From a virus (taxonomy: Duplodnaviria; Caudoviricetes): 64,000 bases of DNA. The position numbers and the translations under genes are program-made. Where the stretch lies: the IMG/VR virus record IMGVR_UViG_3300032038_000021, positions 54,901-118,900 of that record. One strand, 5' to 3'. The notes below the pieces were generated by a model that was not told the origin of the DNA, did no database searches, and worked only from the letters and a program-made list of their open reading frames with translations. Each line of letters begins with the position of its first letter. Within the stretch, counting starts at the first letter, position 1. This document shows positions 6,593 through 13,230 of the stretch, one piece after another.

Positions 6593-8623
6593 ATGGGAAT
6601 TTTAAATATTCAAGTACATCAGGAAGATGATTTTATATATCAATTTAATAATCTTAAACAGAAGTATGGATCAGATTTCCAGTATCTTAACGGATTCCAC
6701 CAATCACAATTAGACTTCTCTCAATTTATTGCTGGCTTCGTGGACAAATCTACCGTAGCCGATACTACTATAGACGGAAATGCAAATGCTAAACATAAAG
6801 ATATTTGTTCTCTTAGAGGAGAGAAAGGAAAATCTGAAGATAAGCTATTTGCTTTTAATAAAATCTATTATGAATTAAAAAAGAAGTACGGAAAACGCAC
6901 AGCGGATCAATGGTTGGAAGACGAATGGACCGGACAATTCTATATGCACGACGCACCTAGTTCTAGTTATGCAAGTTATTGCTTTGCATACGATTTATCA
7001 CGTCTTGCAAGAGAAGGTTTATTCTTCTTAGACGACTATCATAATGAACCTCCAAGGCATCTCACTACATTTATAGATGATACGATAGAATTTATATCGT
7101 TTTTCTCTAACAGAACATCTGGTGCTTGCGGACTTCCTAATATATTAGTTTGGGCAATGTACTTCTGGAAGAAAGATATAGAGGATGACTATTGTTTGAG
7201 GAATCCTGATTACTATCTTAGACAAGCTTATCAGAAGTTTATATTTAGAATTAATCAGCCGTTCTTGAGAGTAGACCAATCTGCATTTGTAAATGTATCT
7301 ATATTCGATAGATATTATTATGAATCTCTGTTTGGTGGATTAGAGTTCCCTGATGGTAGTTTTGCAATAGATTATGTGGACGAATTCATTAGACAACAGA
7401 AGATATTTATGGAAGTTGTTTCTGAGATTCGTAGTGTAAATATGTTTACATTCCCTGTATTAACTTATTCTTTACTTAAGAGAGACGATTTAACTAAATT
7501 GGAAATGTTAGATATGGTAAAAACAAAGGATTATCATATCTTTAAAGATAATGAATTTGCTAGATGGTGCTCTGATCATAATTGTCAGTGGTATGATAGT
7601 AATTTCTTTATGTCTACAGATGTAACCACACTGAGCAATTGTTGTAGATTATTATCTGATACTACTAAGCTTAGTGGATTTATTAATTCTATTGGAGGTA
7701 CAGCTCTTTCTATCGGATCTGTAAAAGTATCTACAATCAATCTTATGAGAATTGCTTTAGAGTCTGATAAGGATGAAGAGAAGTATTTGAAGATTCTTAG
7801 AGATAAGACTATATTGGATTGTAAAGTTCTTGACAGACAACGTTGGATTATAAAGAGAAATATACAGAAAGGATTACTCCCCAATTTCTGTGAAGGTGGT
7901 GTAGAGTTAGATAAATGTTATAGTTCGATAGGTATATTAGGAATTTTTGAAGCTGTAGAATACTTTGGTTATACTACAATGGATGAATTTGGCAATATAT
8001 CATATACAGAAGAAGGTATAAGTTTTGCTAAGAGAATATTCGATGTATTAAATGAAGTTAAAGATACTTTCTATGATATATATGGAGATGAAACGTGGTA
8101 TAAAGGTAGAGATAATATCTTAGAGAGATACAGTTTCAATATAGAATCTGTGCCTGCTGAGAGAGCTGCTGTAATTCTTTGCCAGAAAGATAATCTTCTT
8201 TTTGAAAGAGATACGGATAAATTCATTTACTCGAATCAGTGGGTTCCGCTCACGGCACGGGCTACTATAGATGAAAAGCTTAAGCTTAGTTCTATACTAG
8301 ACAAGGAATGTTCAGGTGGGTCCATTCTGCACTGTAACCTTGAATCTCCGTTCCCTAACACAGATGTGGGTTGGGATATGCTTAACAAGATTGCTATATC
8401 GGATGTAATATATTTTGCTTTTAATGCTATTATAAATGAATGCAAAGATCACCATGCATTTATAGGAACCGATTATTGTCCTATATGTGGAAAACCAGTA
8501 ATGGATACATGGTCTCGCGTTGTGGGGTTCTATGAGCCTCGTAGAGCATATAGTGCTGATAGAAAGAGAGAACGTGATGCCAGAAAATGGTATCATTATG
8601 CTAATGAGAGATTAGAATTATGA
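6593..8623 (+). CDS. nrdD: Anaerobic (class III) ribonucleoside-triphosphate reductase, no ATP cone
   Basis: YMHD, YCFAY, FTFPVLT, SNCCRL finger loop, ESVPAE, SGGSI.H, C-terminal C..H...CP.CG and SRVVGF glycyl-radical loop. Confidence 0.96.
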   Translation: MGILNIQVHQEDDFIYQFNNLKQKYGSDFQYLNGFHQSQLDFSQFIAGFVDKSTVADTTIDGNANAKHKDICSLRGEKGKSEDKLFAFNKIYYELKKKYGKRTADQWLEDEWTGQFYMHDAPSSSYASYCFAYDLSRLAREGLFFLDDYHNEPPRHLTTFIDDTIEFISFFSNRTSGACGLPNILVWAMYFWKKDIEDDYCLRNPDYYLRQAYQKFIFRINQPFLRVDQSAFVNVSIFDRYYYESLFGGLEFPDGSFAIDYVDEFIRQQKIFMEVVSEIRSVNMFTFPVLTYSLLKRDDLTKLEMLDMVKTKDYHIFKDNEFARWCSDHNCQWYDSNFFMSTDVTTLSNCCRLLSDTTKLSGFINSIGGTALSIGSVKVSTINLMRIALESDKDEEKYLKILRDKTILDCKVLDRQRWIIKRNIQKGLLPNFCEGGVELDKCYSSIGILGIFEAVEYFGYTTMDEFGNISYTEEGISFAKRIFDVLNEVKDTFYDIYGDETWYKGRDNILERYSFNIESVPAERAAVILCQKDNLLFERDTDKFIYSNQWVPLTARATIDEKLKLSSILDKECSGGSILHCNLESPFPNTDVGWDMLNKIAISDVIYFAFNAIINECKDHHAFIGTDYCPICGKPVMDTWSRVVGFYEPRRAYSADRKRERDARKWYHYANERLEL

Positions 8624-9096
8624 TTATTAAAGGTATTATAGATGAAGATTTTGTAAACTATAAGAAGTGTAGTACTACTATTATGATGCCTAATTGTTCT
8701 TTTAAGTGTGAAAAAGAATGTGGTAAATTGGTATGTCAGAATTCTAAGTTAGCAAAGTCTTCTAATATAGATATTTCTAATGATAGATTAATAAATAGAT
8801 ATAAGAATAATATTTATAGTGATAGTATAGTATTTCAAGGATTAGAACCTTTTGATAGTTGGGAAGATTTAATCTTATTAATTTCCGATTTTAGAAAAGC
8901 TGGTATAGAAGATGATATAGTAATCTATACTGGTTATAAAGAAGATGAGATAGAAGATAAAGTAGAACTGTTAAAAGTGTTTAATAATATTATAATTAAA
9001 TACGGTAGATATATTCCTGATAGTGAGAAAGTATATGACGAATTATTAGGAGTAGAATTAGCCAGTAAGAATCAATATGCTAAGAGAATAAGTTAA
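8620..9096 (+). CDS. nrdG: Anaerobic RNR activating protein (radical SAM)
   Basis: CSFKCEKEC...CQN cysteine cluster, GLEPF, IYTGY, KYGRYI, LASKNQ; 4-bp overlap with nrdD. Confidence 0.92.
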   Translation: MIIKGIIDEDFVNYKKCSTTIMMPNCSFKCEKECGKLVCQNSKLAKSSNIDISNDRLINRYKNNIYSDSIVFQGLEPFDSWEDLILLISDFRKAGIEDDIVIYTGYKEDEIEDKVELLKVFNNIIIKYGRYIPDSEKVYDELLGVELASKNQYAKRIS

Positions 9097-9102
9097 AATA
9101 AT

Positions 9103-9133
9103 ATCCCCGTAGGAGTAAATTCCTACGGGGATA
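9103..9133. terminator. Bidirectional intrinsic terminator
   Basis: ATCCCCGTAGGA-gtaaat-TCCTACGGGGAT followed by a T tract. Confidence 0.88.
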
Positions 9134-9141
9134 TTTTTATA

Positions 9142-9477
9142 TTATCTAAAAACATGACCTATAACTGCATAAGAATTGACACTTGATGTTGAACCACGGT
9201 ATCTTTTACAATAACATCTATAAGTACCACTATTTAAAATTCCTGTCACAGCTTCTATTGATAGAGTACTATTAGATTCACCATATAATTTGGATCTGAC
9301 ACTACCATCTAGATTGTCACAAATAGCTAATACTTCCGGACGACCCGAATTCCAATTAGTACTATATCGTATAAGTGCAACATTCGATAATTCAAATTCT
9401 ATTCCAATATATTCCATATTTTCACTTTGTGATATATATGTAGTAGTAGCCAAAGTTAAAAATATAATCCTATCATT
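9142..9477 (-). CDS. Silent tail-tip cassette C6 with variant junction AATGAT (NDRIIFLTLA...VIGHVFR*)
   Basis: Preceded by AAACCGATT as in C17 and C2; frame continuous with ORF 9142..9453. Confidence 0.72.
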   Translation of the reverse strand, partial: NDRIIFLTLATTTYISQSENMEYIGIEFELSNVALIRYSTNWNSGRPEVLAICDNLDGSVRSKLYGESNSTLSIEAVTGILNSGTYRCYCKRYRGSTSSVNSYAVIGHVFR

Positions 9478-9490
9478 AATCGGTTTAAAA

Positions 9491-9787
9491 TTATATTTCT
9501 CTTACAGCCTGCCAAGTGCCTGCAGCTTTTATTTGAAAAAGTATTTTATTATTACTATATCCAAAAACTAAACCAGAAGCATAATTACTATCTATAAATT
9601 TTTGTGCTAAACAAATATACCATCCAGATCTAAATATTTCACCTATATGTAATTTACCATCGTTATCTAAACTATCTATAACTGTAGGTATATGATCTTT
9701 AATTTGACCAGAGGTATAATTTAAAGAAAATGAATTACCAATATAATTAGTTATTTTATTTAATTTATTAATAGGACCATTTTCATC
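9491..9787 (-). CDS. Silent tail-tip cassette C5 (DENGPINKLN...GTWQAVREI*), absent from the ORF track
   Basis: 98 sense codons from GATGAA at 9787 with no in-frame ATG; YASGLVFGY...K..GTW tip-like end. Confidence 0.75.
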   Translation of the reverse strand, partial: DENGPINKLNKITNYIGNSFSLNYTSGQIKDHIPTVIDSLDNDGKLHIGEIFRSGWYICLAQKFIDSNYASGLVFGYSNNKILFQIKAAGTWQAVREI

Positions 9788-9814
9788 ATGCTTGTTTGTA
9801 AATATAATTTTATA

Positions 9815-10186
9815 TTATAATCTTTTTAATGTAATTGTATATATGTAAGCATATACATTTATATTTGTACCAGAATTTTGAGATGCATAACATTCTATGA
9901 TTTCACCAACATCATAACGTTCTACTGTTATAAGTTGTTGATACATTACTTTTCCTTTTATTGAATTTATAATATTTGTTTGATCCCTTGCACCTCCTAC
10001 TGATCTTACAGCAATAAGTCTAGTTCCAGTATCATTCGCCGCCACCCAGTTTGCACCTCTTATTACTAAATATTGTGCATGTGTGTTCACCGTGACAGTT
10101 GCAACAAGTATTCTTGAATCATTTCCGGATATAGATGTTGCATTTGGAAGTGTACCATCAAAAGTTCCACGATATGAATTTTCATC
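9815..10186 (-). CDS. Silent tail-tip cassette C4, C1q/TNF-like beta sandwich (DENSYRGTFD...TITLKRL*)
   Basis: GATGAA junction only 3 nt after the C3 stop; VGEIIECYASQNSG resembles C1q-like fibre tips. Confidence 0.75.
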   Translation of the reverse strand, partial: DENSYRGTFDGTLPNATSISGNDSRILVATVTVNTHAQYLVIRGANWVAANDTGTRLIAVRSVGGARDQTNIINSIKGKVMYQQLITVERYDVGEIIECYASQNSGTNINVYAYIYTITLKRL

Positions 10187-10189
10187 ATA

Positions 10190-10480
10190 TCAAACAGTTA
10201 TAAAAGCTATTTTATACCATGTATTCCAAGTTTTATTACTATCATCTCCGTCGCGTTTATATAAATTAGAACTTATCATTGTGATAATCATCTGTACAAT
10301 TTGGTTTGAAAGATATGATCTTAATATTAATAAAAAACAATAAGTACAATCTGTAGGTGTGTTTTGTATATGATCACAGATATAATAAATACCTGTAGAT
10401 ATATAATTGTTAGCATTTTCACTAGCTACAGGTATTCTATTGATAAGACCAGGTGTATTTTTCAATTGTGCAGCTTCATC
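10190..10480 (-). CDS. Silent tail-tip cassette C3, pyocin-knob-like (DEAAQLKNTP...WNTWYKIAFITV*)
   Basis: GATGAA junction; NANNY..TGIYY...NTP...LLIL...IVQM...LYKR...WNTW pattern. Confidence 0.8.
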   Translation of the reverse strand, partial: DEAAQLKNTPGLINRIPVASENANNYISTGIYYICDHIQNTPTDCTYCFLLILRSYLSNQIVQMIITMISSNLYKRDGDDSNKTWNTWYKIAFITV

Positions 10481-10527
10481 ATAAAATATTATAGTAATTA
10501 TATTAAATTGATTTATAATTAGGTATA

Positions 10528-10815
10528 TTACAGTATATGAGCAGTAAATGTTCCAGTTTGTTCATATGCGTACGAACTATTTAACTTTAGTATATCACCT
10601 TTTCGTAATCCCACTATGTCATTTATCGTAGAATCTGCATTCGAAGTATATCCAGTACAGTTAAAATCTTTTCCATTGATTAAGTAATTTATATAAGGCC
10701 TGACCCCATTTGTAGTACGATTTGACATCCTTACAAAACAATCATATGGTGCTGTATAAGGCGAAGTTTTTAACTGTGTTGAAATATCTATATAACCATG
10801 CAATATATCTTCATC
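10528..10815 (-). CDS. Silent tail-tip cassette C2 (DEDILHGYID...FTAHIL*)
   Basis: TAACCGATC|GATGAA junction; YTAPYDCFV...GLRKGDIL fibre-tip-like pattern. Confidence 0.75.
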   Translation of the reverse strand, partial: DEDILHGYIDISTQLKTSPYTAPYDCFVRMSNRTTNGVRPYINYLINGKDFNCTGYTSNADSTINDIVGLRKGDILKLNSSYAYEQTGTFTAHIL

Positions 10816-10824
10816 GATCGGTTA

Positions 10825-11064
10825 TTATTTATAATAGATAAACGTATAATTATGGCTAGTCGTTATAGGATATAAAACATATATGGATATAATAGATTGC
10901 TGCACACTCCATATACAACAATCTCGATGTTCAGTTACGTAAAATAAATTAAATAAAGAACCTACAATATTCTCATCTCTTATTTGGTATTTATCACCAA
11001 CATTTAATGCTTTATCAAATGTACCATATTTATAATATGCTGTTACTTTATTAAACTTTTCATC
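10825..11064 (-). CDS. Silent tail-tip cassette C1 (DEKFNKVTAY...TFIYYK*), absent from the ORF track
   Basis: 79 sense codons from GATGAA at 11064, 20 nt after the master gene stop. Confidence 0.72.
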   Translation of the reverse strand, partial: DEKFNKVTAYYKYGTFDKALNVGDKYQIRDENIVGSLFNLFYVTEHRDCCIWSVQQSIISIYVLYPITTSHNYTFIYYK

Positions 11065-11084
11065 AAAACACTTTTATCAATATA

Positions 11085-11726
11085 TCAATTACTCCGCCTA
11101 TGTAAAACAGTAACTCTAACAATATTATTTGTAATTTTAGTACCATTACTAGTTTTCCATCCAAGATCAATAAAATAAGAATTACTACTATCAATGCTTA
11201 TAAATAAATTAAATAAAAATATTTTACTATCTGTTTTTGCGTGCCATCCTGCAATGGCAATAGGTTTATAACCACTAATCAAATCCATAGTTACAATCTC
11301 TTCATGTTCTATAAAAGTACCTACAGATTTAATATCTATGGTATTATAAATTAAATAGTTGGATTTCAAATCATCATTTAGTGTAGCAATTGCCTCAGCG
11401 TTCAGAGAGCAAGCACGACGAAGAGATCCGATAATAGATCCGAGCGTCTTACCGGTCGTAACGTTAGCAAGAGCTGCAGTAGCCGTACTAGAAGTATCAT
11501 CGTTAATACCACCGGTGATCTCAGTAGTAGCAATATCTCCGCCCATTGCATAAGGAAGAGAACCATAAGCAGTAACACCATCGCCCATCTTCATCTTACA
11601 AGTACCGGTTCCAACACCAGTATCGGGCAATTCTATAAACATTTCGCCTGCTGCAAGCACTGTAGAGGACTTAGTTCCGTTCATTGTAGAAGCTTTACCA
11701 CGTCTGGGCTTAAAAATCTTAGACAT
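11085..11726 (-). CDS. Master tail-tip/receptor-binding protein: constant Mtd-N/hyaluronidase-like N-terminus, NDD junction and variable C-terminal tip
   Basis: AGGAGG RBS; KPRRG...VLAAGE...DTG...KMKMGDGVTAY.SLPY is the Mtd N-terminal pattern; short helical linker ends in AAT GAT GAT (11378-11370); composition becomes more AT-rich after the junction. Confidence 0.85.
   Translation of the reverse strand: MSKIFKPRRGKASTMNGTKSSTVLAAGEMFIELPDTGVGTGTCKMKMGDGVTAYGSLPYAMGGDIATTEITGGINDDTSSTATAALANVTTGKTLGSIIGSLRRACSLNAEAIATLNDDLKSNYLIYNTIDIKSVGTFIEHEEIVTMDLISGYKPIAIAGWHAKTDSKIFLFNLFISIDSSNSYFIDLGWKTSNGTKITNNIVRVTVLHRRSN
11370..11378 (-). other. Putative cassette-exchange (expression) site AATGATGAT in the master gene
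   Basis: The same GATGAW, in the same reading frame, opens 16 of the 17 downstream cassettes (the 17th is AATGAT). Confidence 0.75.
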
Positions 11727-11849
11727 ATTTAAATTCCTCCTTTTAGGAAAATTAAACTCCTCATCTCATACTTATTAGTAGCTCTCTGGATAGTATTATA
11801 GTAATCATAAAGATAAGGAGCGATACTAAGGTATCACTACTAATAAGCA

Positions 11850-11863
11850 ATTATGTAAATGTT
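11850..11863 (-). promoter_or_regulatory. Putative late promoter AACA-N6-TAAT for the master tip gene
   Basis: AACATTTACATAAT on the minus strand, similar to TACATTTAGATAAT upstream of 13135. Confidence 0.55.
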
Positions 11864-11879
11864 CCTCCGGTAAATAGCG

Positions 11880-11975
11880 AAAAACCCATCATTTGAAACT
11901 ATAGTAACTACTTTTGGCAGTTACTGAGCGTTTTCATATATTAAAAAATATATCATATTTAAATGATGGGTTTTT
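11880..11975. repeat. 15-bp perfect inverted repeat (AAAAACCCATCATTT / AAATGATGGGTTTTT) around a 66-bp spacer with an inner hairpin
   Basis: Arms at 11880-11894 and 11961-11975; inner AGTAACT...AGTTACT stem. Confidence 0.8.
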
Positions 11976-12043
11976 ATAAATTTTTAATAATATACTATAA
12001 AAGTGTAAATGTGGTTACTAAACAAAATAAAGGAGTGAATATT

Positions 12044-12223
12044 ATGAAACTTGAAGACATCATAAGAACCTATGGAAAAAGTACCGATTATTATGATATG
12101 TATACTGGATATACATATCACTTGCCTCAGATGGGAGAACCGGATGAGGAAGGTAATCAGAAAGTTCCGGTGTCAGAAGATGGAACCATTATCGGAACTG
12201 TCACTGTGAATATGACAACCTAA
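12044..12223 (+). CDS. Small hypothetical protein (59 aa)
   Basis: AAGGAG RBS, ATG at 12044, early-type motif at 11985-11999 and terminator at 12231. Confidence 0.7.
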   Translation: MKLEDIIRTYGKSTDYYDMYTGYTYHLPQMGEPDEEGNQKVPVSEDGTIIGTVTVNMTT

Positions 12224-12230
12224 ATAAAAT

Positions 12231-12257
12231 ACCCAGAGTCTATTATAGACTCTGGGT
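12231..12257. terminator. Bidirectional intrinsic terminator
   Basis: ACCCAGAGTCTA-tta-TAGACTCTGGGT. Confidence 0.85.
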
Positions 12258-12265
12258 TGATAGTT

Positions 12266-13135
12266 TTATTTTTTATTCTTATTATCAGTAGATTCTTCTA
12301 CAACTTCTTCATCTTCAGATCCAAATTCGCCATCGTCTTCTGGATCTTCTTCCTCTGCTTCTTCTACAGTATCATCTTCAGTAATTTCTTCAACAGGTTC
12401 TATCTTAACCTCTTTTTCTACATTTTCTTTTTTATCAAGAGAAGATATCGGTTTAAGAATATCTTGTAATCCTGCTGTAGATACTACAGTCTCAGCATCA
12501 CCACTATCTATTTCGGTATTATTATCATCGTCCTCTGTAGTAGGTTCTGTTGGTTCTGTGCTTGGTTCAACAGGTTCTACCGGTTCAGCAGTATCATCGT
12601 CTGTGGAGGGAGTAGTATCACCATATTGATCGAACGGGTCTGTTTCATAATTAGTATTATCAATTACATAATCTTCCATATTTGATAATGACATTGGAAC
12701 ATCGCCATCTTCTGTACCAAAATCGTAAGTAGTATCATCTTCCATAATAGTACCGGCAGTTATATAAGGGAGACTATTCCATCTACTACTACCATTTCCA
12801 ATCTTAATAGCATTCTTTGTAATATCGTAAGCTATTTCTCTTTCTGCAAGTATAGGATTAGTGTTAGCCCAAGCACTAGCGGTAGCAGATCTAACCTGAA
12901 TAAGAGCAGTAGCGTTTATACCACCACCATCTATAGCAGATGCTGCAGTTCCGTCGAATGCATATACTAAATTATTCCAAGGGCTTACTCCATCTCCAAC
13001 CTTAAACTTACATAATCCTGTTCCTATTCCACTATCAGGAAATTGTATTGCTAGTTCTCCCTCTGCAAGGACTGGGTTATATGAAGCCCATTCGTATTCA
13101 GTTCCCCGTCTAGGTCTTATTTTAGCATAAGCCAT
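12266..13135 (-). CDS. Tail-fibre adaptor with two tandem Mtd-N/hyaluronidase-like domains and an acidic tail
   Basis: IRPRRGT..EW...NPVLAEGE...KFKVGDGVSPWNNL and IQVRSAT..W...NPILAERE...KIGNG..RWNSLPY; IDGG between them; YDFGTED and EFGSED in the tail. Confidence 0.8.
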   Translation of the reverse strand: MAYAKIRPRRGTEYEWASYNPVLAEGELAIQFPDSGIGTGLCKFKVGDGVSPWNNLVYAFDGTAASAIDGGGINATALIQVRSATASAWANTNPILAEREIAYDITKNAIKIGNGSSRWNSLPYITAGTIMEDDTTYDFGTEDGDVPMSLSNMEDYVIDNTNYETDPFDQYGDTTPSTDDDTAEPVEPVEPSTEPTEPTTEDDDNNTEIDSGDAETVVSTAGLQDILKPISSLDKKENVEKEVKIEPVEEITEDDTVEEAEEEDPEDDGEFGSEDEEVVEESTDNKNKK

Positions 13136-13230
13136 AACAACTTATCTCCTTTCGGAACTATTTTCTATACTATAATTATCTAAATGTAATTAACAGGTCA
13201 AATTTATTGCAATTCAACCTGTTAATTATA

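Noticed and set aside
6593-8623. Intron or intein in nrdD, a common phage insertion hotspot
   Set aside because: The ORF is continuous at 676 aa, a normal length for an ATP-cone-less NrdD, and has no intein or homing-endonuclease motifs.
683-11726. Classical invertible shufflon (gin/cin/rci type)
   Set aside because: All cassettes and junction motifs are in the same orientation, and no invertase gene is adjacent.
9142-11726. Stop-codon readthrough or an alternative genetic code joining the cassettes into one protein
   Set aside because: Consecutive cassettes are mostly out of frame with each other (e.g. 20 nt between the master stop and C1), most end in TAA, and all long genes are intact under code 11.
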